DNA of 64,000 bases from Calditrichia bacterium. GTDB lineage: Bacteria > Calditrichota > Calditrichia > RBG-13-44-9 > J075. The notes beneath the pieces were generated by a model that was given only the letters and a program-made list of their open reading frames with translations, was not told the DNA's origin and made no database searches. Both the position numbers and the translations under genes were made by a program. The stretch covers positions 32,001 through 96,000 of the forward strand of contig JBOEGD010000012.1 of the NCBI GenBank assembly GCA_050633245.1, given 5' to 3'. Shown piece by piece: positions 31,608 through 41,480 of the stretch (the stretch's first letter is position 1; the number at the start of each line of letters is the position of its first letter).

Positions 31608-31691
31608 GCGCTGTACTCCCAAGGGAGTGTCGAGTCTATACTTGTAGGTGGTGAAGCAATACACAATTAACTTGCAAAATAGATATAATAT

Positions 31692-32000
31692 CTACTTCAG
31701 GATCTTATTCAATTGTATTAAGATCTTCTCTTTCGATGGAACTCCATCTGGATAATATCTTCATGTAGGAGCGGCTGGTGCTGGTCTTGACACCCCAAAT
31801 AGATCTGTTGAATTTAGTAATATAGTTGGTGTTCCATAACCTGTTCTGCAATCGTGAGCAGGGAGCTCACCTACATCAATTATTTCTACTTGTTGCGGTA
31901 GACGCAGTTCTTTAATTGCATCAATTAAGTGCTCATACATTGTTTGAGAGTTTGAACAATTGGAACGCGTTAAGAAGCAGATTTTTTTATTTCTATCCAT
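31692..32000 (-). CDS. Small thioredoxin-like selenoprotein (UGA readthrough at 31763-31761)
   Basis: ORF ...GYGTPTILLNSTDLFG...APT-TGA continues in frame as RYYPDGVPSKEKILIQLNKILK*. U falls at the C-R-x-Y position of GSPTIL..D.F thioredoxin-like proteins. SECIS-like hairpin 12 nt downstream. Confidence 0.75.
31735..31748 (-). promoter_or_regulatory. Putative SECIS hairpin
   Basis: Minus strand GATGG-AGTT-CCATC with GT in the apex, 12 nt after the in-frame TGA. Confidence 0.7.
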
Positions 32001-32272
32001 AAAAATTTTTCATGGTTGATTGATAAAAATTAAGATTTTACTGAACAAACTCTTTGAAATGCTTTTTTGGATCGTTCTTAATACTGCCAACGTTTTATAG
32101 TTGAAACGAAACAAATACAATGCGTCTTAAAATATACTATATATTTCCTTTACTACAATGATCGCTGGATCTTAATCAACTTAAAGTTTCCAAGATTTAT
32201 CGGATAAGGCTAAAGTCCCCGACATTTTTGTTCTCACAAAACTACCGCGATCTAGATCCACTCCTGAAATAG

Positions 32273-32312
32273 AACGAGTCTACTCCGGGGGAATGAAGTA
32301 GACTCGTTTTTT
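32273..32312. terminator. Stem-loop downstream of the large secreted-protein gene
   Basis: AACGAGTCTACT...AGTAGACTCGTT-TTTT. Confidence 0.65.
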
Positions 32313-32367
32313 AATAGCAATGCCGCCGGGGTCCAGTAGGCAACATCACTGTAATTATGGGCTATAC

Positions 32368-35300
32368 TTACTTAAGAAGCAGAACCCGTTGGGTTTGCTC
32401 ATGTTGACTCGTGCTTAATCTTACAAAATACGTTCCGCTGGCAACACCGGAGGCGTTCCACTGATAGTTGTGCTCACCGGCATTTAGATTCTGATTCACC
32501 AGTGTTTGCACCAAACGACCATTAATATCGTAAACCTTCAGATTTACAATCGTGCGTTCCGGAATACTAAAGCGGAAGGTGGTTGACGGATTAAACGGGT
32601 TCGGATAATTGGGAAAGAATGTAAATTGATTTGGTATATTGGTCTCATCTCCTATACCGGTCGGATTACCAATCGTGAATGAGCCGCTTGCCACAGCACT
32701 GCCTAAGAATGCGGCATCGACTGATTGTATGGACCAGACGTAACTTCCTTCTTCCAGGTTATCGATTAACCAGTTGACGGTAGCCCCAACATTTCCGGGT
32801 TCCGGCAGGCGATAGGCCGTGGATATCGGCGTACCGTTTTGAGAAACCTTTAATTCATAGGTCAATGCCGCAGCGGGCGTATGGTCGTCATTGGCAGCAT
32901 TCCATGTAAATACTACAGAGCTATCCGGTTGAACGTCAGCACTGAGACCATTAGGAGGTGTCGGTGCCAGGTTTTGCCCGGGGGAATCGTTGCGATAGAG
33001 ATGCATCTGAGCTTCCACTAGCCCATTGCCACCGGGGACAAAATACTGTCCGGCTATAAAGTAATCGAGATCCCCCTCACCATCAATATCTAACCAGGAG
33101 AAGGTTCCGCCGCGGGTTCCGGATGCCCTTGGGGCAGGCAGATCAGTCCCGGACTGACTGAAAACACCCCCATTGTTTTCATATATCCGTGCACGCCCTT
33201 CGATCTGCGAGCCTGAGTTATAAGTGCCTCCAAGCAGAATGTCGACATCGCCATCATTATCGTAATCCGCCCATGTAACGGCATTTACATCAAACCAGCC
33301 TTCACAGGGAATACAGTTGATAATCTCGATTGGTGAGTAGACATCATTATCGTTCTGATAGATTCGCAAGACGTTTTTATAGGTGCCGTCGGTATCATTA
33401 ACATTTCCACCGATCAGAATATCCAAATCTCCGTCGGCATCATAGTCGCCCCAATTTGCAGCCCCATGTTCTATAGTCAGTGAGTCGATGATATCCTGAG
33501 GGGTAAAGAATCCGTTTCCATCATTGCGATAGCGGCGAATAAAACCATCAAAGGTTAGCGGCTCTATATTAATTAGCAGTAAATCCAGATCCTGGTCGCC
33601 GTCATAATCTGCCCAAAAGCTCTGCGCGTGTGGAGCCGAGGTAAGTGCTGCATTCGTTTCCTCAGTAAAGATCCAGCCACCGCTGCCGTTTGGCCCATCA
33701 TTGCGCATCAGCTTTGTTTCATGTAAAAAAGTGATGTTATTATAAACCGACGGTAGCAAAAGATCGGCATCACCGTCGTTATCGTAATCTGCCCATGAAA
33801 TAGAATTCAGATCAAACTCTGCCTGGCCGTTGTCTTCCCAATATCCGGGCAGGAGCGTATTCGTCGGCACCATACTACCGGCATCATTTCGATATAGAAT
33901 TGTTTTTCCGTTCGTCCCAACCACCAAGTCCGGATCATTATCATTATCGACATCTCCCCAGGCCATGTCGGATGCTCCGGATGTCAGGGTGTCGAAGGGG
34001 AGGGAGATGTATTCAAAGTCCCATTGGGTTTGTGTGGATGAACCGTTATTTTGCAATAGTAGTAGCCGATAATCAACGCTTTGGTTATAGACGACATAAA
34101 AACCGAGCACCGCAATATCCAGATCGCCATCCAGATCAAAATCAGCCGGTGCGGTGGTAATAACCCAGAAGTCCTCATCCTGCGGCGTTACAAAAACGGA
34201 ATCAATGGGAGTAACTTCTGTAAATGCTCCAAAGGTACCTCCGGGACCAGGCTGAGCAACTACAGCTCGGAGAGTCGTATTGGAGTCGCCGTCATCATCA
34301 ACCACGGTTAATCTTACCAGATAGGTGTTTGCTGCGGCAAAGGTATGCGACGGATTGCGCTCGGTTGAAGTCGTCCCGTCACCAAACTCCCAGAACCAGC
34401 TGATAATTGTTCCGTCCGGGTCATTACTGGTATCGGTAAAATCAACGCTTAAACCAATGGTGTTAAACGTGAATGATGCTGCCGGTGGACGGTTTAACGG
34501 TGGAGGTGGTGGACCATTAAAATGTTCAATATATCCTTGAAATCCACCTGTCCAGGCATTGCCTGCTGTATCTGCTACGATCGTGCTAAAATTGCCAAAG
34601 CCTTCTGAACCAATTTGTAGCACTGCCCAGTTTTGTCCACCGTTAGCGGAATAATAGGCTAGGTTATCCAGTGTACTGAGCCAGATTTCATTTGGACCGA
34701 GTAAGTAGATGTCACTGAATTTAACCGACGTGGTTTGGGTCGGGAGTTCTTCCCAGGTTAATCCGCCGTCATTGCTGCGGGCCGCATAGCCGCCCCAGCC
34801 CACCACATAGCCGGTTGCTTCATCATAAAAATCAATATCAGCAACCTGAAACGGTGAGCCCGGCAGGGTTCCGGAAAACCAGTTCTGGCCGTTGTCATTC
34901 GTGATTTGCAATGGGCCACCGACGTTTACCGCCCAACCGTTTGGACCTTCGAAGTCCACAGCAACATACAGTCCTCCAAAGCCCGGTATGCCGGTCCATG
35001 TAGCTCCACCGTCAATTGTTTGTAATAATGCTCCTCCAATAGGCCCACTTCCGATAACCCACCCTTCAGATGGGCTACTGAATTGTAGATCATAACCGGA
35101 AAAGCCGCTGGGTTTTGCAATCAGAGGCTGCCAGCTTGCACCACCATCACCGCTGATGTGAACTTGTCCTGAGTTATCGATAATTGCTATTTCCTGAGCA
35201 GAAATAATGTCCACCGCTTCAATGTCTACGAAACCAAGACTTTGCTGCAGCTGCCATTTTCCATTTCCATCTGTCGTCAGGATAGTCCCTTCATCCCCTA

Positions 35301-36480
35301 CAGCAATCATTCGTCCATCATCGAAACGAGCTATGTCGTTAATTGCCTGACCAACTCCGCTGGATATCTGAGACCATGAGTTACCGCCATCTGTTGATTT
35401 TATAGCAAAGCCGTGACCGTATGCAAAATAGCCGGTTGAGGATGTAGGGAAAACAGGTACTGCACTACCGAAAAATCCCGGCCTTGGTCCTGGTGAAGCG
35501 AAAGTTTGACTCCAGGTCGCACCACCATCAATAGACAAATACATGTTTCCATCTTTATCTGCTCCAACAACGTTTTGTGTATCAAGAACTGTTAGAGCCA
35601 ATACGCCGGAAGGCATAACGGTGCCGATATCTGTCCAGGTTGCCCCACCATCTGCTGATCTGAAGACGCGGTTGTCCAAATTAGGAAATGCCCCTGTTCC
35701 CCAGGCAAGAACCGTTGTTTCAGAAAGCACGGTGAAGTTTGACTTTTCATTTGCCGAACCAACATCGATCCATGTTGAACCGCTATTCGTACTACGCATT
35801 ATTCTATCATCCACAATTGCCAGCAGGGTATTAGCAGACAGGTAAGTGGCATCCTTTGCATCGCCGGATAGCAGTAGAGAAATTGTGCTGCCGCCGTCAG
35901 TTGTCCCGTAAAGGCCACTTGCCGAAACGCCCAGTGCGTTTTGAGCATCAAAGAAGTCAAACCGGAATATATCATTTGGAGAAGCAGACCAATTCAGACC
36001 TCCATCAATACTTACCTGTATGCCGAAGTTACCACTGGCGATTCCAAAGTCAGGCGTGTAAAACTCCATAAAATAGGTTGAGCCTAAAAATGGAATCTCT
36101 GTCCAGGTGGTGCCCCCGTCCAATGTCCGGTAATTATTATTTCCATAGGTCCAGCCTCTTTGCGAATCGAGAAAGAATATACCGTTCAGCGGTGAATTCA
36201 GGTTGATCGGCACATTTCTCTGTACCCAGGTATCACCTCGGTCTGTTGATTCAAAGAGTGCACCATTGTTGTCAAAAGGGTCATCATCGGTGGCAAGAAA
36301 TATTCTATTTTCAGTCGGTGCAGCCATACCGCCTACATCAAGATCTGTTGGAACAGGACTCTCTGTCGACCATTGCGTGAAACCTGTGGAGTGCAGCAAA
36401 AAACACATCAGGAAGGTTAATAAGAATGTTGTTGAGCGATATGTATTTTGTATTACTAGTTTTGTTTTGAACGTTTTCAT
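32368..36480 (-). CDS. Large secreted protein: YCF48/BNR (Asp-box) propellers + PKD + FG-GAP/VCBS repeats + Fn3-like + secretion CTD
   Basis: Many S/T.DGG.TW Asp-boxes; WEFGDG PKD motif; repeated W.DYD.DGD.D FG-GAP; NYPNPFNPST. Confidence 0.85.
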   Translation of the reverse strand: MKTFKTKLVIQNTYRSTTFLLTFLMCFLLHSTGFTQWSTESPVPTDLDVGGMAAPTENRIFLATDDDPFDNNGALFESTDRGDTWVQRNVPINLNSPLNGIFFLDSQRGWTYGNNNYRTLDGGTTWTEIPFLGSTYFMEFYTPDFGIASGNFGIQVSIDGGLNWSASPNDIFRFDFFDAQNALGVSASGLYGTTDGGSTISLLLSGDAKDATYLSANTLLAIVDDRIMRSTNSGSTWIDVGSANEKSNFTVLSETTVLAWGTGAFPNLDNRVFRSADGGATWTDIGTVMPSGVLALTVLDTQNVVGADKDGNMYLSIDGGATWSQTFASPGPRPGFFGSAVPVFPTSSTGYFAYGHGFAIKSTDGGNSWSQISSGVGQAINDIARFDDGRMIAVGDEGTILTTDGNGKWQLQQSLGFVDIEAVDIISAQEIAIIDNSGQVHISGDGGASWQPLIAKPSGFSGYDLQFSSPSEGWVIGSGPIGGALLQTIDGGATWTGIPGFGGLYVAVDFEGPNGWAVNVGGPLQITNDNGQNWFSGTLPGSPFQVADIDFYDEATGYVVGWGGYAARSNDGGLTWEELPTQTTSVKFSDIYLLGPNEIWLSTLDNLAYYSANGGQNWAVLQIGSEGFGNFSTIVADTAGNAWTGGFQGYIEHFNGPPPPPLNRPPAASFTFNTIGLSVDFTDTSNDPDGTIISWFWEFGDGTTSTERNPSHTFAAANTYLVRLTVVDDDGDSNTTLRAVVAQPGPGGTFGAFTEVTPIDSVFVTPQDEDFWVITTAPADFDLDGDLDIAVLGFYVVYNQSVDYRLLLLQNNGSSTQTQWDFEYISLPFDTLTSGASDMAWGDVDNDNDPDLVVGTNGKTILYRNDAGSMVPTNTLLPGYWEDNGQAEFDLNSISWADYDNDGDADLLLPSVYNNITFLHETKLMRNDGPNGSGGWIFTEETNAALTSAPHAQSFWADYDGDQDLDLLLINIEPLTFDGFIRRYRNDGNGFFTPQDIIDSLTIEHGAANWGDYDADGDLDILIGGNVNDTDGTYKNVLRIYQNDNDVYSPIEIINCIPCEGWFDVNAVTWADYDNDGDVDILLGGTYNSGSQIEGRARIYENNGGVFSQSGTDLPAPRASGTRGGTFSWLDIDGEGDLDYFIAGQYFVPGGNGLVEAQMHLYRNDSPGQNLAPTPPNGLSADVQPDSSVVFTWNAANDDHTPAAALTYELKVSQNGTPISTAYRLPEPGNVGATVNWLIDNLEEGSYVWSIQSVDAAFLGSAVASGSFTIGNPTGIGDETNIPNQFTFFPNYPNPFNPSTTFRFSIPERTIVNLKVYDINGRLVQTLVNQNLNAGEHNYQWNASGVASGTYFVRLSTSQHEQTQRVLLLK

Positions 36481-36526
36481 TTTATCCCCATTTGCAAATA
36501 CGGTTGGTCTTTTCGTGCTATGATGA

Positions 36527-37744
36527 TTACTTCATTAAAAGCATTTTACGCATCAATGCGGAGCCATTTTGTTTTAACTCGTAGAAATAAACACCGCTCG
36601 GTAAATATTCTGCCTCAAATGTATAGGTGTATTCTCCTGATGGGGCTGTTGCGACGTTTATAGATTGAACTATCTGTCCAACAGCGTTAAATATATTTAG
36701 CTGAACAGGACCCGCTTTTAGAACCCGGTAACGAATTGTAGTGGATGGATTAAAGGGATTTGGGTAGTTTTGATCAAGTTCGATTCCTTCAGGGTGGATG
36801 GACGTTACATCCTCAATACCGGTTGCGGATTCAAACACATATATCACGCCCGCATCTCCGACAGCCCAGCCACGCTCGGGGGAGGCAAAGTGTACTTCGG
36901 TAATTTCACCAAAGGCTGTTCCATTGAACTGCAGCGTCCAGTTTAAGCCGCCATCTGTGGTTTGGTAGATATTATGGCCTTCGCTGGTTGCCCATCCCAG
37001 TTCATTATTGATAAAAAACAGGCCGTTAAGATCTTCTACTATTCCTGTTGAACGTGAGGACCAGGTAGTTCCACCGTTATCGGTAAACAAAAGCGAAGGA
37101 GTGCTGCTGCGGCTAATATAGCCAACTTGGCTGTCTAGAAACTGTACGTCCTGAATGTCATCGCCGCCCGGTGATTGGCTAACCCAACTGGCTCCGGCAT
37201 TCTGAGTATGACGCAGAAGAGCTCCGTTACCGACGATCCAGGCGAGGTCACTTCCGATTGCATCAATGGAGCGGATTCTTGAGCCGCTTCCGGTTACCAA
37301 GCTGCTCCAGTTTACTCCGTTGTCCACAGACCGGATTGCCGCGCCACCCTCTCCGGCAGCCCAGACAACGTCACCACTGCCCCAGGCAACACCACGAAGC
37401 TGCGAGGCCGTAGGGGAGGTCTGCAAGGTCCAGGATTGGCCGCCGTTTGTGGTTTGAAAGACCGTGCCGCCATCACCTACAACAATCCCGAGATTGGCAT
37501 CTTTAAATGCTATGCCCTGTAAATCAGCGCCAGTTAATGCCACCGAATTCCAGTTCATCCCACCATCTGTTGTATGTAGTAACACTCCATTATCTCCGCA
37601 GACCCAGGCTTCAGCAGCACTTAGGGCAAACACATCATCAAGGTCAGCCGTTACGCCACTGTTTTGTGCTGACCAGTTTTGCGCATGTAAACCCATGCTG
37701 ATTACCAGCAGGAAAAACCAAATTAACTTAGCATTCTTTTTCAT
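36527..37744 (-). CDS. YCF48-like beta-propeller secreted protein with secretion CTD
   Basis: GGAGAGG RBS before MKKNAK; HTTDGG..W repeats; QNYPNPFNPST...RKMLLMK. Confidence 0.85.
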   Translation of the reverse strand: MKKNAKLIWFFLLVISMGLHAQNWSAQNSGVTADLDDVFALSAAEAWVCGDNGVLLHTTDGGMNWNSVALTGADLQGIAFKDANLGIVVGDGGTVFQTTNGGQSWTLQTSPTASQLRGVAWGSGDVVWAAGEGGAAIRSVDNGVNWSSLVTGSGSRIRSIDAIGSDLAWIVGNGALLRHTQNAGASWVSQSPGGDDIQDVQFLDSQVGYISRSSTPSLLFTDNGGTTWSSRSTGIVEDLNGLFFINNELGWATSEGHNIYQTTDGGLNWTLQFNGTAFGEITEVHFASPERGWAVGDAGVIYVFESATGIEDVTSIHPEGIELDQNYPNPFNPSTTIRYRVLKAGPVQLNIFNAVGQIVQSINVATAPSGEYTYTFEAEYLPSGVYFYELKQNGSALMRKMLLMK

Positions 37745-37783
37745 AATCCTCTCCTTTCCATCGCCTTTTGGCAACGGATATTG

Positions 37784-39619
37784 TTAAAAGTGAAACCCGA
37801 AACTAAAAAACATTGTTGGAATACCCATCAGTGCCAGCCCACTTAAGCTGACGCCAACAAGCACCAGCAAAAATGGCACAATCACAGCGGTCTGTATAAA
37901 CGGGTTTAGCCAGGAAGACCGATGCAGTAAAGGCATAAGAGCAAAGCCGAAAGCAAGCCCCAGGAAAGATATCTGCATTAGCTTCAGGCAGACGATTCCG
38001 AACAAAATACCACAGGCAACCTCGAATAATTGTACCGGCTTTTGATCCGGATGACTGCGGTAGAAAAACTCTTTTACACCAGTCCTGAACCGGTCCTTAA
38101 ATGGAGGTAAAGAGCTTTTCTCAACGTTCTCGGATTTATCGCCGGTTACCAGGAAAGTTGCCTTACCGGTGAGCATGTAAGACAGTACCCCAACGCTGGA
38201 TAGGGGGCCCAGCGTGGCATAAACTGCCGTACTGTGGGTGAGGAATTTCGCGAGCCTGACTGGTTGCCTATACATATCCAACAAAAAGCACAGTACCGGG
38301 GCAAATAGCGTAAGTGTGGTAAGGATAAAAAAGTCCGCTGTTAGCAAGACATTAAATCCCGGATCCAGCACATAAATTGGCAACACCCATTCACTGCCTG
38401 CGAGAGCGATGGTTACATCTTTTTCGATACCAAAATACCAGGGGAACAGCAGGTTGGTATTGATCATAAAGAGAAAGTAAAACAGCGTCAGCGGCAGGTT
38501 GAGCGTAGGGAAAAGAATATCAAATTTCTCCTGCCAGGTTATGGTTCTGCTCTTTAAAAGGCGCCCGGATTCATAACGCAGAAATTCACAGGTACCGCGG
38601 GTCCATTTCATATGGCGGACGCGAAAGCTTCGTATATCTTCGGGAAAGTCTTCATAGCAGACCACCTCTTTCGCGAAGTAGCCTCGCCAGCCAAGCTCCC
38701 TTGCGCGAATGGCAAAGGCGAGGTCTTCGCTAACAATTTCCGGGAATCCGCCCATGGCAGTCCAGCATTCCTTGCGCAACACTGCACCATGTCCCAGAAA
38801 CATCACAAATCCAAATCTGTTGCGTAATGGCTGATACCAGCGCCAGTGGATATCAATGCCGATTCCCATAGCTTTGGCAAGCGGCGAATCTGCAGCAGGA
38901 TTGCATTTATGATTAGCCTGCACGAATCCAATAGAGCTATCGGCTTCCATATAGGGGACCGTTTTCGAGAGAAAATCCGGTGGTAGAATTTCATCTGCAT
39001 CTGCTATGGCAAAATAAGGCTCATCTAGTTGTTGCAGAGCATTGTTGAGGTTTCCGGCTTTAAATCCTTTCCTATCTGTTCGCCGGATTACTCGAACATT
39101 TGAATGCCGGGAAGCAAACGCATCTACTTTTTGTTTGTATTCAACGGAGCTACTGTCATCAAGTAAGTAAACGGTATAGTTTTTATAGTCCTGCCGAACA
39201 CAGGATTCCACACTAGCCTCAACAAAGTCATTGCATGTTGTATATAAAAGCGCTATCGGTGGTTCAAAAGCATCCTTATTGATTGCTGGCAACGTGGGTT
39301 CAGGCGGAAGGAAGTATTTATTGATTAACGCAAAAACAATAACACCGATATTAAAAAAGCCATATAGCCATGCAACCAGAACAAATACGATAAAGAACCC
39401 TAATATTCCTTGAGCAATCGGGTCACTGCTAATCGACAAAATGCTGAGCAACCGAGGCATAAACCAGACCATGCTTGCTCCCCACAGAGCAAAGATGAAC
39501 CAATAGAGTGCACTGGAGGGACTTGCAGCCTGAATAGTAGAACTGTATGGCTTCTGCGCTGATGAACATCTTTTCTTTTGTTTATTTTCTATTTGAAGGC
39601 ATAGCGATTCCTGAGTCAT
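37784..39619 (-). CDS. Processive GT2 glycosyltransferase (cellulose-synthase-like), membrane-bound
   Basis: DDS, RKGFKAGNLN, DADE, SEDL, and RHMKW (QxxRW variant); flanking TM helices. Confidence 0.9.
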   Translation of the reverse strand: MTQESLCLQIENKQKKRCSSAQKPYSSTIQAASPSSALYWFIFALWGASMVWFMPRLLSILSISSDPIAQGILGFFIVFVLVAWLYGFFNIGVIVFALINKYFLPPEPTLPAINKDAFEPPIALLYTTCNDFVEASVESCVRQDYKNYTVYLLDDSSSVEYKQKVDAFASRHSNVRVIRRTDRKGFKAGNLNNALQQLDEPYFAIADADEILPPDFLSKTVPYMEADSSIGFVQANHKCNPAADSPLAKAMGIGIDIHWRWYQPLRNRFGFVMFLGHGAVLRKECWTAMGGFPEIVSEDLAFAIRARELGWRGYFAKEVVCYEDFPEDIRSFRVRHMKWTRGTCEFLRYESGRLLKSRTITWQEKFDILFPTLNLPLTLFYFLFMINTNLLFPWYFGIEKDVTIALAGSEWVLPIYVLDPGFNVLLTADFFILTTLTLFAPVLCFLLDMYRQPVRLAKFLTHSTAVYATLGPLSSVGVLSYMLTGKATFLVTGDKSENVEKSSLPPFKDRFRTGVKEFFYRSHPDQKPVQLFEVACGILFGIVCLKLMQISFLGLAFGFALMPLLHRSSWLNPFIQTAVIVPFLLVLVGVSLSGLALMGIPTMFFSFGFHF

Positions 39620-39622
39620 GAT

Positions 39623-41008
39623 CTAATTCCTTTCCAGACGGAGTTTGAGACCAACGGAAATAGTCTGATAGTCCAGAAGGGGCGTTGATTCATATCGATA
39701 TTGAGCATACAGCCAATGCTGATGAAGCAAAAGCAGGTCGGTTTGTAAGGAGGCACTAAAAATGTCGCCTTCTGCAGCAGGGATTACACTTGTGGTTTGA
39801 CCATAAACAACCGAACTGCTAAGCCTAAGAAGAGTATGGACATCGAATGAAGTATTGAGTACTGTCCTCCAGTCGGAATCCCGGCGTTCATTAAAGCTGG
39901 AAAAATACATCAGAGGTTCGAGAAACAGCCTAGGGTTCGGAGAATATCCAAAACCGGCATACCCTGCTAAATCTGACTTCCGCTGTGAGGCAGAAGCAGC
40001 TATTCCACCAGCTTTGATCGTGAAGCTTTTGCCCAGGAAGAAAACTTGCTCAAGACTACCTATCAGCAGTTCCTCGCCTGTAGGGATGTCGACTACTCCC
40101 ATCTCCAGCTTACTGGTCAGGTGTGGAGTAAAATGATTAGACAAGCCTAAAAAATAACCCGGAACCACCTCATTAAGTTGTTGGAAAAATAGATTATCAG
40201 CACCAAGAGAATTGTCATATCTTGCCCAAAAACGCAGATCCTCACCGGGCCAAACTCCCAGCTCAACTGCCCTGAGATCATTAAAGGATTCATTCTTGAA
40301 TTGGCTGTTACCACCTCGAATATCCAGTTCTAAAATTGGTGAACGCCTGGTTGTTTGATGCAGATAGTTTTCATACTCTGAATCAGCAGCTCCCTGCCTA
40401 GATGCCTCACGAAACATTCTGCGCGCATCGCGGAATTTACCCGTAGCATGATACGCTCTACCTAACCCAGCAGATGAAGCGGCATCCAGCTCTCCAATAG
40501 CTTTTAGTTTCTCAAACCACTTAACAGCTTCGGTAGGTTGATTCTGCCATAGAGATGACCAAGCCATTCCTTTAATTGCTTCAGGATGATCCGGCGATTT
40601 GTTTAACAACCTTAAGAACCGATTTTCACCGGCTTCAAAGTCATTTGCCCAAATCAGATTGTAGCCAAGACCTATGAGCGCGTCGGAGTTGTTTGGATGC
40701 GTAACTAAAACGAGCAGAAAATCGGCCTGGGCAGCACTGTAGTTTTTTTGCCAGGCACGCAAATGCGCTCTACTCATTCTTGCCTGAAGATGTTCAGGAT
40801 CTGCTTCCAGGATGCGAGTATAGACTTTCTCTGCATTTGCATAGTCACCCTTATTGGTATAGACCGCAGCCTGATCAAACAGGGATTCTAATGGCACTCC
40901 CTTTTGGGCATGAAGCATTGCGGGTATACAAATGCAAATGCTAATTAATAGATAAACGGATAGCTTTAAGTAACCGTACAAACTGGTGAAGTAATCGCCT
41001 CTCTTCAT
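39623..41008 (-). CDS. TPR repeats plus C-terminal outer-membrane beta-barrel (YaiO/PgaA-like export protein)
   Basis: Signal peptide; about 5 TPRs (PEHLQARMSRA, PNNSDALIGLG); beta-strand C-terminal half. Confidence 0.7.
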   Translation of the reverse strand: MKRGDYFTSLYGYLKLSVYLLISICICIPAMLHAQKGVPLESLFDQAAVYTNKGDYANAEKVYTRILEADPEHLQARMSRAHLRAWQKNYSAAQADFLLVLVTHPNNSDALIGLGYNLIWANDFEAGENRFLRLLNKSPDHPEAIKGMAWSSLWQNQPTEAVKWFEKLKAIGELDAASSAGLGRAYHATGKFRDARRMFREASRQGAADSEYENYLHQTTRRSPILELDIRGGNSQFKNESFNDLRAVELGVWPGEDLRFWARYDNSLGADNLFFQQLNEVVPGYFLGLSNHFTPHLTSKLEMGVVDIPTGEELLIGSLEQVFFLGKSFTIKAGGIAASASQRKSDLAGYAGFGYSPNPRLFLEPLMYFSSFNERRDSDWRTVLNTSFDVHTLLRLSSSVVYGQTTSVIPAAEGDIFSASLQTDLLLLHQHWLYAQYRYESTPLLDYQTISVGLKLRLERN

Positions 41009-41069
41009 AAGTATTCTCCCAGATAATCATTACAAAAAATTTTATTGGAGGGTATCCGGGACAATCCTA

Positions 41070-41085
41070 TTCAAAGTATGTGCCA
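41070..41085 (-). promoter_or_regulatory. Putative sigma54-type promoter of the cargo operon
   Basis: TGGCAC-ATACT-TTGAA about 60 bp upstream of ATG 41008; the -12 element is GA instead of GC. Confidence 0.45.
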
Positions 41086-41480
41086 TTTATGAAGTCTAGG
41101 GGGCTAACTAAAATAGATATAGGTGTTTACAAATCTAAGGAGGATTAGAAGAGGTAAGGAGTTAAAACTCTGACATGCACGGAGGTGCAAAATATGCTGA
41201 TGGGCAAACTATTATATCAAAAGAAATAAACTGAGGAAGAAATTATATAAAATAATTATATACGATATATTGCCCTCCCCTTAAAACAAATCAAAATCTG
41301 ATAATGGATAGTTAATTCAGTTACAGAAAGTTATTATTTAAAGGGGCACAATCTATCTTGATTCACATATTTGGCTTAGTTTTCTAATAAGAAGCCAAAT
41401 ATAAGAATCTGCGATTTATGCAAAATAGTAAGTAGTTTTAAAATCAATTGCTTTTTGAATTAACAAGATAAATCCCCATA

